DNA of 64,000 nucleotides, from positions 1,184,001 to 1,248,000 of the forward strand of contig OY829846.1 in assembly GCA_963691875.1 (NCBI GenBank), written 5' to 3'. A program made the position numbers and the translations under genes. Source of the DNA: Aureliella sp. Its GTDB lineage: Bacteria > Planctomycetota > Planctomycetia > Pirellulales > Pirellulaceae. The notes under the pieces are model-generated. The model was not told the origin of the DNA. It searched no databases and saw only the letters and a program-made list of their open reading frames with translations. This document shows, piece after piece, positions 40,127 to 50,468 of this stretch. Positions within the stretch are counted from its first letter, which is position 1. Every line of letters begins with the position of its first letter.

Positions 40127-41068
40127 ATGTTCCAATCTTTCTCAAAGCGATGCTTTTCTTCGTTGGCGATGCTTTGTACTTTCTTTCCGGCTGTCGCTCA
40201 AACGGATGAGCCGACGGTGGAGATGAAGCTGTGGCCAAAGACTCCACCAGGAATCATCACGGCGGAAGGACCTGAGAGAGATACTTCTGGTCCCAAAGGG
40301 CGGATGGTACAGGGGAGGCCGGTCATTCGTTTGGGCGATGTTTCCGAACCGATGCTAACCGTTTATTCCCCACCAGCAGAGAAGAACACGGGTGCAGCTG
40401 TCGTCGTCTGTCCAGGCGGTGGTTATCAAATCCTGGCCTACGATCTCGAAGGCACCGAGGTCTGCGAGTGGTTGAACTCAATCGGCGTCACAGGCGTGCT
40501 GTTGAAGTATCGCGTGCCGCGACCAAAGAGACCGAAGCCGGCCAAGGGCCAACGTCAAGCTCCACCGCTCGGCCCCTTGATGGATGCTCAGCGAGCATTG
40601 TCGCTAGTTCGTGCCAATGCAAAAGAATGGAATATCAACCCAGAACGCATTGGTGTACTTGGATTCTCGGCTGGTGGAAATCTGGCTGCTCGTCTGTCAA
40701 CAAACTACACGAAGCGAACCTACGACGCGATCGATGATGCAGACGAAGTGAGATGTCGCCCTGATTTCTCCGTCTTGATTTACCCCGCTTATTTCTATCG
40801 ACCGCAGGATGAATTGCTTTCTCCGGACTTGCCGGTCGACGAGAAGACGCCGCCTTCGTTCTTGGTGATGAGCTGGGATGACGGTGTTGGGCCAGAGAAT
40901 ATTCTCCGTATGGGTATCGCCTTGAAACGCAATAAAGTCCCAGCCGAAGTGCACCTATATCCCACTGGTGGCCACGGCTACGGTCTTCGCCCTAGCGAAC
41001 ACGAGGTCACGACCTGGCCAGCCAGGTGCGCCGCTTGGATGAAAGCCAATGGTTGGCTAGAAAAATAG
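40127..41068 (+). CDS. Alpha/beta hydrolase (acetyl esterase-like)
   Basis: Signal peptide; CPGGGY, LKYRVP, GFSAGG, RPDF..LIYP, GGHGYG. Confidence 0.9.
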   Translation: MFQSFSKRCFSSLAMLCTFFPAVAQTDEPTVEMKLWPKTPPGIITAEGPERDTSGPKGRMVQGRPVIRLGDVSEPMLTVYSPPAEKNTGAAVVVCPGGGYQILAYDLEGTEVCEWLNSIGVTGVLLKYRVPRPKRPKPAKGQRQAPPLGPLMDAQRALSLVRANAKEWNINPERIGVLGFSAGGNLAARLSTNYTKRTYDAIDDADEVRCRPDFSVLIYPAYFYRPQDELLSPDLPVDEKTPPSFLVMSWDDGVGPENILRMGIALKRNKVPAEVHLYPTGGHGYGLRPSEHEVTTWPARCAAWMKANGWLEK

Positions 41069-41115
41069 TTATTGTCTCTTGGCCTTGTTGTTCACTCCGA
41101 AACTCTCGATTCGCT

Positions 41116-42639
41116 ATGCTAAGTATTGTTACATCTCCTCGCCCTAGCCAATCTATCCTCGTGCTTTGCTGGCTGCACCTTTCATCCTTGCTGTTCATAC
41201 AAGCTGCGTCTGCTTTTGAACGCCCCAATATCGTCTTTCTCTTTGCAGACGATCAGGCGACTTACTCAATGGGCTGTTACGGAACGCCCGGAGCCAAAAC
41301 ACCGAAACTAGATCAGTTGGCTCGTGAAGGCATGGTATTCGATCGCCACTACGATACGACGGCGATCTGCATGGCCAGTCGAGTCAACGTGATGACGGGG
41401 CTCTACGAGTACAAGGCCGGTTGCAACTTCGATAGCGGCAACTTGCTCGACTCACATTGGCAGAACAGCTATCCGATCCAGCTGCGGAAAGCAGGATATC
41501 AAACCGCCTTCGCTGGCAAATTTGGCTTCACCATATGCGAGAAGCCTAATGGCAAAGGCAAGTTGCCTGAGTCCGACTTCGATAGCTGGGGAGGCGGGCC
41601 AGGGCAGACTTCATATCAGACATCGAAGAACGCTTCCATGCGCAAGTATGCGGAGGAGTATCCGCATTCAACCTTATCTTATGGTGCATTCGGTCGGGAT
41701 TTCATCAAAGACGCCGCCAAGAAAGACGCGCCATTTTGCCTTTCCATTTCGTTCAAAGCGCCCCATCATCCAGTCCAACCGGATCCCGAATTTGACGATG
41801 TTTACAAGGGCGCCAAGTTCGTGAAACCAGCCAACTATGGCCGCGAACATGGTGAGCATTTTTCAAATCAAAGTCGTCAGGGCCGTCAGTATGAACGATT
41901 TCATTCGTGGAATTATGCTGACAAGTACGACGAAACAATGGCCTTGTACTACCAACAGATCTACGCCATCGATGTCGCGACCGGCATGATTCGCAAGGCA
42001 ATTGAAGAGGCTGGAGTCAGCAAAAATACGGTTGTCATCTACAGCTCAGACAACGGTTTCCTCAATGGCTCGCACGGCTACGGTTCGAAAGTGCTTCCAT
42101 ACGAAGAAGCTACACGTGTGCCGCTCATCGTCTTTGATCCTCGGCATTCAAGTTCTGGAAAACAGCTACGCTGCGATGCACTTACCGGGAATGTCGACAT
42201 CGGTGCAACGATTTTTGACTTGGCAGGAGTTGACACGCCTGAGTCCATGGATGGCCGCAGCCTGATGAGACTGCTCGATGATCCTCAGAAAGAGATTCAT
42301 GACTACTTGCCTCTAGTCAATGTCTGGGGCCCAAATAAGGTACATAGTTTCGCCGTGGTCACGAAACAAGGAAAGTACGTTTACTGGCCCTATGCGGGAG
42401 AAGGATTTGAAGCGACTGAAGAAGCCTACGACATGAAGAATGACAACTTAGAACTACATAACATGCTTGGCAAGCCAGAGTACCAGGCTCAGGTCGACGC
42501 TTTGAAGCGAACTTACTCCAAGGCTCTCAAACACTGGAAGAAAGAAAGAGTGGATTATCACGGCTACAGTCGATTTATCACCATCTTTGATCCCGGCAAA
42601 CCGTGGAGTGCAAAAGAAAAGCTCTATCGCAAGAAGTAG
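41116..42639 (+). CDS. Sulfatase (CxAxR-type motif)
   Basis: RPNIVFLFADDQ, ICMASR, FAGKFG, APHHP, SDNG, RVPLI, NVDIGATI. Confidence 0.9.
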   Translation: MLSIVTSPRPSQSILVLCWLHLSSLLFIQAASAFERPNIVFLFADDQATYSMGCYGTPGAKTPKLDQLAREGMVFDRHYDTTAICMASRVNVMTGLYEYKAGCNFDSGNLLDSHWQNSYPIQLRKAGYQTAFAGKFGFTICEKPNGKGKLPESDFDSWGGGPGQTSYQTSKNASMRKYAEEYPHSTLSYGAFGRDFIKDAAKKDAPFCLSISFKAPHHPVQPDPEFDDVYKGAKFVKPANYGREHGEHFSNQSRQGRQYERFHSWNYADKYDETMALYYQQIYAIDVATGMIRKAIEEAGVSKNTVVIYSSDNGFLNGSHGYGSKVLPYEEATRVPLIVFDPRHSSSGKQLRCDALTGNVDIGATIFDLAGVDTPESMDGRSLMRLLDDPQKEIHDYLPLVNVWGPNKVHSFAVVTKQGKYVYWPYAGEGFEATEEAYDMKNDNLELHNMLGKPEYQAQVDALKRTYSKALKHWKKERVDYHGYSRFITIFDPGKPWSAKEKLYRKK

Positions 42640-43103
42640 TAACTGTTCGGGGAAATCTCAGACTCGGTACGAGTCAACCTACTGATAGTGAAAAGAATCC
42701 CGAGCAAATGAGGATCGACCGACTCTCGTTTCTTGCAAAGGCGGTTGGGATAGCCGTCGCATTGGTAGAGATCATTGTTGTGCTCGCTTTGATCGTTCCG
42801 TTCATCGCTTGTATGCCCAACGGACTTGTGTGGCATATTCGCAGGTAAGGATGGGTTTCCACCTGCAATCTTATCGGATTCCTCACCTTGTTCCAAGAAC
42901 CCATTTTACCCTCCTAAGCATGCGGATGTGCCAAGGAAAAGCCCCAACGGTTTGCCACAACCCCGGAATCTGGAAAGGTGCCGACTCGAGAAGACACTAT
43001 CCACGTGTTTTCTACCATGGCTGTGATCGTGGCTTTTTTATTTCCGCAGCCGTTTTGGTAGTTGGCTTGCTTGTTCGGCCGGTGCACTAAATGCGTGAGA
43101 ATT

Positions 43104-43922
43104 TCAGCTAGATGTAGCAGGTCGCCACATCCAGATTTCTCCTTTGCCAGGCACCGCTTGATCGCCTGTAAACCGAGCGTAGAATCCGGCATCATTAAGT
43201 CGTGGGATAGTGATCTGATACTCGGCGAGGTGTCGAGCAAATATATTGACGAAGCTGCTGTCGAGTTTTCCTGCTGGCTGAAAAGTAGGCATCATCTCGA
43301 ATTCCTTAAGTGAAATGATCGTGCCGCGATTCATCCAAGCTCCGGTACGTAGCTCCGCGCCCTTAAGGAGTACAATCGTCCCTCCTTTCATTTGCAGCCC
43401 GGCAAAGTCTCTGACAGTTTCTCCAATCACGATCGTCCCGCGACGCATGCGCAATCCGACTTCCAGACCGGCCGAACCTCCGACTGAAATAAAGCCATTT
43501 CGCATCCCGGACATGCCGCCACGATAGCTTCCGCCGATCTGCCCGCCGGCATTTCCGCTGATCCGAATTGTTCCATTCTTCATCTCGGCACCGACCCAAT
43601 CACTGGCGTCGCCATAGATCTGGATCAAACCTGATTTCATATACGCACCTAAGTGCATTCCGACCGAGCCATGCACTTCGATCGAACCTTTGGTCATGGC
43701 ACGCCCGATCCAACGCACTTTCTCCAACGCGCCCGAAATTTTGAGCTCGCTGCTTCTCTCACCACGTACTTCAAAGAACTCGCCGAGCGGTAACTGGCGT
43801 TTGCCGTGATAGACGGTGAGGCCGCAAATCTCTGCCTCGCCTAGGCACTCCATCACGTCAGGGCTAATCACCTCCGCTTCGAGCGGCACCGTAGGCTGTC
43901 GTTTCAGAGTCAACTCAATCAT
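43104..43922 (-). CDS. fhcC: Formylmethanofuran dehydrogenase / formyltransferase-hydrolase complex subunit C
   Basis: GxxMxxGxIxxxG beta-helix repeats; N-terminal PLEAEVISPD...LGEFFEV; C-terminal GDQAVPGKGEI. Confidence 0.88.
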   Translation of the reverse strand: MIELTLKRQPTVPLEAEVISPDVMECLGEAEICGLTVYHGKRQLPLGEFFEVRGERSSELKISGALEKVRWIGRAMTKGSIEVHGSVGMHLGAYMKSGLIQIYGDASDWVGAEMKNGTIRISGNAGGQIGGSYRGGMSGMRNGFISVGGSAGLEVGLRMRRGTIVIGETVRDFAGLQMKGGTIVLLKGAELRTGAWMNRGTIISLKEFEMMPTFQPAGKLDSSFVNIFARHLAEYQITIPRLNDAGFYARFTGDQAVPGKGEIWMWRPATSS

Positions 43923-44043
43923 GTATGGTCGCGAGTCAGAGTGCGGAGGCTGGGTGAAGTCCCATCCTAGCAAGTTCTACTCAATGAAGTTGCTGCCTGC
44001 CAATACGCAATTTGTCGGAGCAGCATGAATACGAATCAAAAGC

Positions 44044-45579
44044 CTAAGAAATGATGTCATGGACAACTTCGCCGTGAACATCCGTCAGTCGGAAATATCG
44101 GCCCTGGAAACGATAGGTCAGTCGCTCGTGGTCGATACCGAGTAAATGAAGCAGAGTAGCTTGGAGGTCGTGAACGTGAACTTTGTCTTCAACCGCATTG
44201 AAGGCTAATTCATCGGACGCGCCGTAGGTGATTCCTTGCTTCACTCCACCACCAGCCATCCAGATTGTGAAAGCATAAGGGTGATGGTCGCGTCCCCAGC
44301 GAGGCCGATTGTCTAGTTTTCCTTGAATGAAAGGCGTTCGCCCAAACTCTCCGCCCCAAATTACGAGCGTGTCGTCGAGCATACCGCGCATTTTCAAGTC
44401 CTGCACCAATGCGGCACTCGGCTGATCTGTATCGCGGCACTGATTATAGAGCTCAGTCGTTAGGCTGTTGTGCTGATCCCAACCCGCGTGCATGCATTGC
44501 ACAAAGGGAACTCCGCGTTCGGCCAGCCGTCGAGCCATCAAGCAGTTGTAGGCGAATGAACCAGGTTCCCGAACTCCAGGGCCATACATGTCCAAGACGT
44601 GCTGCGGCTCGTCACTGAAGTCCGTGAGTTCCGGCACAGACGTTTGCATTTGATACGCCATCTCATACTGGGCTATTCGAGTTTGAATCTCGGGATCGCC
44701 TGCCTGCTGAAACTTGATTTCATTCAAGGCAGCAAGATCATCCAGCATGCTTCGCCTCAGTTCACGAGGCATGCCCTCCGGGTTATTGAGGTACAAGACA
44801 GGATTGCGACTGCCTCGAAACTTGGTGCCTTGGAAGCGACTTGGTAGAAAGCCGGAACTCCAATAGAAGTCGTAGAAAATTTGGCCGCAAGACGTTCCTT
44901 TGCTGACTGAGGTCATCACGACGAATCCCGGCAAATCTTCGACAGGTGAGCCAAGACCATAGTTCAGCCAAGCGCCCATTGTGGGGCGCCCTGGAATTTC
45001 CGCGCCACTGAGCAAGAAGGAAATCGCAGGAGCGTGATTCACAGCCTCGGTGTGCAAACTTTTGATAAAGCAAATATCGTCCACAATACCGGCGGTATAA
45101 GGCATGAAAGCACTGACCCAGGCGCCTGATTGTCCGTGCTGCGAGAACGGCTCAACGGGGGCTAGCATCAGCTTGCCATTTGCCTGGCCAGTCATCGTGC
45201 TAAATCGCTTCCCACCGATATACGAGTCAGGGACCGGCTGTCCATGCAACTTGGGAATCAACGGCTTGTAGTCGAACAAATCGACATGCGTCGGTGCACC
45301 GTTTTGAAACAGATAAATCACTCGTTTCGCCTTGGGGGCGCAATGCGGTAGCCCTGGTAGTGCACCTTGGTCGCCTGCAGAGAGTTGAGATGAAGCCTTG
45401 TCGCCCTCCGCGCGGCTCTCCTTTCCTAACAGCGCCGCCAGCGCAGCTCCGCCGATGCCGGTGGCGGACTTGCCAAAGAAGTAACGGCGATTAATCCCAA
45501 GTTGCCGCTCCGTAATGGGACTTGGAGCAGATTGATCCAAGACCTCCCAAGAAGGAGTTTCTACTTTGCTTTTGCTCAT
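44044..45579 (-). CDS. DUF1501 family protein
   Basis: NRRYFF signal, KAKRVIYLFQNGAPTHVDLFDYKP, ARRLAERGV, WGGEFGRTP, GRDHHP, RLTDVHG. Confidence 0.9.
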   Translation of the reverse strand: MSKSKVETPSWEVLDQSAPSPITERQLGINRRYFFGKSATGIGGAALAALLGKESRAEGDKASSQLSAGDQGALPGLPHCAPKAKRVIYLFQNGAPTHVDLFDYKPLIPKLHGQPVPDSYIGGKRFSTMTGQANGKLMLAPVEPFSQHGQSGAWVSAFMPYTAGIVDDICFIKSLHTEAVNHAPAISFLLSGAEIPGRPTMGAWLNYGLGSPVEDLPGFVVMTSVSKGTSCGQIFYDFYWSSGFLPSRFQGTKFRGSRNPVLYLNNPEGMPRELRRSMLDDLAALNEIKFQQAGDPEIQTRIAQYEMAYQMQTSVPELTDFSDEPQHVLDMYGPGVREPGSFAYNCLMARRLAERGVPFVQCMHAGWDQHNSLTTELYNQCRDTDQPSAALVQDLKMRGMLDDTLVIWGGEFGRTPFIQGKLDNRPRWGRDHHPYAFTIWMAGGGVKQGITYGASDELAFNAVEDKVHVHDLQATLLHLLGIDHERLTYRFQGRYFRLTDVHGEVVHDIIS

Positions 45580-45584
45580 CCTCA

Positions 45585-48500
45585 CTACTCCTTGCTTAGC
45601 GTCTCGTCGAGGTTCAAAACGTTTAAGCAAACATTCGTCCAGGCGGCCAGCAGTAAACGAGCAGGCAAATCGGAGCTTTCTTGCGATTCTCGCCCTCGTT
45701 TGCCAAGCAGTGCGTCGACCTCCACTGGCTGCTGCGAGTAGAACTCGGTCGCTCGCTGTAGGCTTCGTTTCCAAATCGCGAGTTCCCGTTGCGAAAGCTC
45801 GCGGCAAAGTACGCGTTTCGACATCCACTGCAATCGCCCCGCATCATTGTCCGCCGCGACTATGCATGCCCGAGCAAGTTCCTTCGCCGACTCCACATAG
45901 CTAAACTCATTCAGGGTAGTCAGAGCGTGCATCGGTGTGTTCGTACGAATCGGTTTAACCTCACACACTTGACGTTTGCCGCTGTCGAAGAACATCGTCG
46001 GCCCCACGATTCGACGCCAGTAGGTGTACAAACTGCGGCGATAAAGTTCTTTTTCATTGCCAACCTTGTAAGACTTCTTTCCGAAGGTCGCCTCTTTCCA
46101 AATCCCTTCGGGCTGATATGGAAACACCGACGGACCACCCTGCGTTTGATCTAGCAAGCCAGACACATGCAAAGCTTGATCGTGAAGCATCCAGGAAGGC
46201 AAGCGGTAACGTGGACCTCGAGCGAAGAAGCGATTCTCGGGATCCATTTCCAAGTCTTCTTTACTTCCGATCCTGGAACTGCGCCGATACGCATCGCTGG
46301 TAACGATCAGAGTGAGAAGATGCTTAACATCCCAACCAGATTCGATGAACTCGATGGCCAGCCAATCGAGCAATTCTTTGTTCTTCGGGTATTCACTTTG
46401 CAAACCGAAATCTTCTGTCGTCTTGACGAGCCCAATACCGAAAAGCATCTGCCAAAAGCGATTGACGGTTACGCGAGCCGTCAATGGATTGTCGCGGTGT
46501 ACCAGCCAGCGAGCCAAATCAATGCGTTTCCCGCTGTGCTCTTTCGAGAGTGGCGGCAGGAATCCTGGCGTGTCCGCCTGCACTTCGTCTTGTGGCTGGT
46601 TATACTGACCTCGATTCAGGATGAATGTCTGCCTCTGCTCTCCACGGTCCCTCAAGACCATGACTTTGGGATACTCCTTCCGTTGGCCATCCAATCTCTT
46701 CTGTTGCTCGGCGACTTGCTTTTTAAGCTGCGTTAGGATTTGGTCCATGGCATGATACGCTTCCGTGATCTGCTTCTTCTGCTCGGCGTTGCGTTTCTCT
46801 TGAGGAATAGCCAAAGCTTCTTGCAATCCACTCGACGTATCCTCCAGCGGCGGAGATTCCTTGCTACTCAGCCCGAGACGAAAATGCCCAAGATTGTGTG
46901 CCGTGTGCACCGAGTTGAATTTCAGTTGCACGCGCAAAATCGTACCTTGCTCGACCTCAGTCGGCTCAGCGAGCTCAAACACGGCGGCGTGATCGCGATC
47001 GATGTTCTTGCCATTCCATACTGCCCAGCCAGTCCCTGGATTGGAATCGATACTTGCTTCGATCTTCAACGAGCCTTGCTCAAAGGAAGCTTTGGCACGA
47101 GCGATCTTTAGCTCAGTTGTGATACCTTCTTTGTCAATTGTTTGAAGCGCAAAGTCCGTCAAGACAAAGTTGCCGCTGTTGGAGCGAGCAAGTCCTCCCC
47201 CAGTCATTGATGGATGCCTTATGGCATCGAGTCGAATCGCGGTAACCCTCTGAGCATCAAGTTCGTACTCGAGTTCGTATGCGTCGTTGTCCGGATTTCC
47301 ACCGCTGGTGAGCAAATTCCCGTTGTCTAGCAACTCTAGTTGCTGAGCTTTGGACTGTTCCTTCGCGCGGAATGAAACCGGAACAATCGCTTTCCAGTCG
47401 CGTGTCTCTGTAAGAGCCAGCTGTAGCTCTTCCCATTTTGGCTGATTGATCGCGAGCTTTCTCTCTTGTTCTTTGAGCTTCCCCCTCGCTTCATTGATGG
47501 CTGCAAGCAGCTCTTTTTCCTGCTCAGCTTGTTGTGGGCTCGCGACTGAAAGGACAGGTGCAGTCTGTGGATCGCCACCGCCGCCATTGACGGGCGTCTG
47601 ATTGAAGAACGCGGTAAGCTGGAAGTACTCCTTCTGCAGCAGCGGGTCGAACTTGTGGTCGTGGCAGCGGCAGCAATTCAGAGTCAAGCCAAGCCACACA
47701 GTGCCCATGGTTTCGGTCATCTCCATGACGTAGTCAAGGCGATTTTCTTCCGGGATGCGACCACCTTCGCCGTTGATCATGTGATTGCGGAAGAATCCAG
47801 TGGCAAGTATCTGCTCTGGCGTGGCTTCGGTTAACTGATCACCGGCGACTTGCCAGACCGTGAACTGGTCGTAGGGCAGGTTATCATTGAAAGCTTTTAC
47901 GACCCAATCGCGCCACGGCCACATCGTTCGCTCGCGATCGCCTTGGTAACCGTTCGTGTCTGCATAGCGTGCAGCCTCAAGCCAGTCCCACGCCATCCGC
48001 TCACCGTAGGCCTGCGACGCGAGTTTCTTTGCGACGATTCGCTGCCAAGCGTCTAGTTCCGAAGACTGCTCAAACTCATTCAATTCTTCGGGTGTCGGTG
48101 GCAATCCGGTGAGGTCGAAACTGAGACGCCGCAGTAAAGCGCCCTTGTCAGCGGGAGGATTGGCTATGAGTCCCGTATTCTCCAGATTCTTATCGATGAA
48201 GTAATCAACCGGATGGTCGGTCGGGTCACCGACGTTCGGGCGTTCAATACGCTCAAAGGCCCAGTGTTTTCCCCATTCGGCGCCTGACTCGATCCATCGT
48301 TTCAAAAGGTCTTTCTGCTGGTCCGAAAGCGGCCGATCCAGTTCCTCGGGCGGCATCAGCAGACTGCCATCATCAGTAATGATGCGTTGGTAAAGTTTAC
48401 TATGTTCCGGATCGCCGGAACGAACGACTGCATAACCACCTCGGTCGCGTTTGACATCCCGTTCTAGATCCAGCCGCAGTTCCGACTCCTCGGCGACTTT

Positions 48501-48671
48501 GGCGTCGGGGCCGTGGCACTGGAAACATCGGTCAGAAAGGATCGGTAGGATGTCGCGCGCGAATTCGATCTCTTTGCTGGGACGATCTTCAGCAATCGAA
48601 GGCACTACTAGTTGCACCACGATAAGTAGCGACAATGATGCAATGGCAGCGCAACTGCAGGTGAATCTCAT
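45585..48671 (-). CDS. PSD1/planctomycete cytochrome c protein (DUF1549/DUF1553)
   Basis: CFQCHGPD, RRLSFDLTGLPPT, ARYADTNG, CCRCHDHKFDP, NPLTARVTVNRFWQ, YRRSLY, LNLDE. Confidence 0.92.
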   Translation of the reverse strand: MRFTCSCAAIASLSLLIVVQLVVPSIAEDRPSKEIEFARDILPILSDRCFQCHGPDAKVAEESELRLDLERDVKRDRGGYAVVRSGDPEHSKLYQRIITDDGSLLMPPEELDRPLSDQQKDLLKRWIESGAEWGKHWAFERIERPNVGDPTDHPVDYFIDKNLENTGLIANPPADKGALLRRLSFDLTGLPPTPEELNEFEQSSELDAWQRIVAKKLASQAYGERMAWDWLEAARYADTNGYQGDRERTMWPWRDWVVKAFNDNLPYDQFTVWQVAGDQLTEATPEQILATGFFRNHMINGEGGRIPEENRLDYVMEMTETMGTVWLGLTLNCCRCHDHKFDPLLQKEYFQLTAFFNQTPVNGGGGDPQTAPVLSVASPQQAEQEKELLAAINEARGKLKEQERKLAINQPKWEELQLALTETRDWKAIVPVSFRAKEQSKAQQLELLDNGNLLTSGGNPDNDAYELEYELDAQRVTAIRLDAIRHPSMTGGGLARSNSGNFVLTDFALQTIDKEGITTELKIARAKASFEQGSLKIEASIDSNPGTGWAVWNGKNIDRDHAAVFELAEPTEVEQGTILRVQLKFNSVHTAHNLGHFRLGLSSKESPPLEDTSSGLQEALAIPQEKRNAEQKKQITEAYHAMDQILTQLKKQVAEQQKRLDGQRKEYPKVMVLRDRGEQRQTFILNRGQYNQPQDEVQADTPGFLPPLSKEHSGKRIDLARWLVHRDNPLTARVTVNRFWQMLFGIGLVKTTEDFGLQSEYPKNKELLDWLAIEFIESGWDVKHLLTLIVTSDAYRRSSRIGSKEDLEMDPENRFFARGPRYRLPSWMLHDQALHVSGLLDQTQGGPSVFPYQPEGIWKEATFGKKSYKVGNEKELYRRSLYTYWRRIVGPTMFFDSGKRQVCEVKPIRTNTPMHALTTLNEFSYVESAKELARACIVAADNDAGRLQWMSKRVLCRELSQRELAIWKRSLQRATEFYSQQPVEVDALLGKRGRESQESSDLPARLLLAAWTNVCLNVLNLDETLSKE

Positions 48672-49007
48672 TGCAAACCAATTATGGAGACTCTAGGAGG
48701 CGGGAGCATGCTAGAATTTTGCGGTCGCCATTCATGTCAACCGCAGGAGAAAACCTCATTGTAGTTGAATTGGATCGACCTCGGGGCGGATCAGAGGTTC
48801 GTGTAGCACAAAGGCCACTTTTTAGCCGAACTGCTTCTATGTCTAGTTTTAGGCTAGACAGCATTGCCTCAGAACTAAAGAGTGTTCATGCCACAGGCTC
48901 CGTTACCAAAACCGGACTCCTCTCGTTCCGATCTGGATAGGACGCCGTTGTTAGAATCCCACTCGGAACCCGGAGAGGGAAAGAGAAGGTTTGGCGTCGC
49001 AAAATGG

Positions 49008-50033
49008 CTACTTCTTTGCCCGTTTCTCTTCCAATTCCTTGCGGTGGCGAGCATTGCGATAATCGATAACATCCCAAGCCAAGCCTAGCTTTTCCATGAT
49101 CCGGATGGTCATGAACGTTACGTCGATTTCCCACCATTTGTGACCGTGCTTGGCCATGGTTGGATGAGCGTGGTGGTTGTTGTGCCAGCCTTCACCGTAG
49201 GTCATCAAAGCTACCCACCAGTTGTTGCGACTGTCATCCTTGGTTTCGTAATTCCGGTAGCCCCACATGTGGCTAGCAGAATTAACGAGCCATGTGGAGT
49301 GAAGAACAGCGACCATACGAACGCCGACTCCCCACACCAACCATGATAGAGCAAGCGTCATGCCGCCTAGCCAGTAGCCAATTCCGAACAGGATGCCGGA
49401 CAACGCCAAGTTTACTGGTACAAAGCCGTAGTCAAGATTGCGGATGAACTTATCACGATAAAGATCAGGAGCCCATTTTTTGAGATACTCTACGCCGTCC
49501 TTTCCGCCAACTTTAAATGCAAGCCAAAGGGCATGACTCCAAAACGAGCCTTCGTGCGGAGAGTGAGGGTCACCCTCTTGGTCACTCCTGGCGTGGTGCA
49601 GACGGTGATTCGCAACCCAGAGACACGGAGGACCTTCACCTGCCAAGCATCCGACCGTCGCGATCATTCGCTTAGTCCAAGATTGTGTTTTGAAACTGCT
49701 GTGTGTTAGCAATCGATGGTAGCCCAGGCAGATCCCAACACCTCCGCAAACCCAGTGCAAGAAGAAGACCAAACCGAGCCCGGACCAAGTAAAAGTCCAC
49801 GGTGCGGCAAGCACAGTCACATGAATCAAGCCTAGCCAGATCAGAGCACCCCAATTGATGTTGGTTGCTCGGGCCACATTAGGGCGGCCAGAAGGCCATT
49901 TCAATGTGCTGGCTTCGGTCGCCGAACTATTGAGCAGTTGAGAAACATCTTCCTCTGTAGCTGGTTGGACGGTCGAATCAGTTGCCTTGCGATAGTGCCG
50001 CCTGTTGGAACGTCGACTCTGCTTCGTACTCAT
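49008..50033 (-). CDS. Delta-9-type fatty acid (acyl-CoA/acyl-lipid) desaturase
   Basis: Three His boxes HRLLTH, HRLHH, HNNHH; DPHSP; NSASHMWG. Confidence 0.92.
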   Translation of the reverse strand: MSTKQSRRSNRRHYRKATDSTVQPATEEDVSQLLNSSATEASTLKWPSGRPNVARATNINWGALIWLGLIHVTVLAAPWTFTWSGLGLVFFLHWVCGGVGICLGYHRLLTHSSFKTQSWTKRMIATVGCLAGEGPPCLWVANHRLHHARSDQEGDPHSPHEGSFWSHALWLAFKVGGKDGVEYLKKWAPDLYRDKFIRNLDYGFVPVNLALSGILFGIGYWLGGMTLALSWLVWGVGVRMVAVLHSTWLVNSASHMWGYRNYETKDDSRNNWWVALMTYGEGWHNNHHAHPTMAKHGHKWWEIDVTFMTIRIMEKLGLAWDVIDYRNARHRKELEEKRAKK

Positions 50034-50468
50034 AAGAGCTCACTTGTGTTTTCATAGAAACGCTGGAGTGGGACTCCCCTGTCCCCTACCTACGCCTTCG
50101 TTTGGAATATTGTTTCCGCTTGCCAATACCCCGTAAACCCGGAAACTGCCTCAACGTGCCTTCTTCACCGGATTTACGTCGAATTGTCCATGTTCCTCCT
50201 GCTATGCCTGCGACAAGACGCCATACCGGGGGGCTGGTTAGATAAGCGATCACCGTCCGGAAACCAGCCCATCGGCGGTACTAATCAAGCAAACTCCGTC
50301 AATTCGCCAGCTATCTCCAATAATTCGGGGACACCAGAGAGAACTTTTGGCTGAGCCCGAAAATTGACTGACGGAAGTTGCTGGCTGATTCCTTCTACTT
50401 ACGGCAATGTTGTATTAGAGGCCGCTTCGATCGAATACTTACGAAGTAAATCAAAAAAGAGCTCCTGG

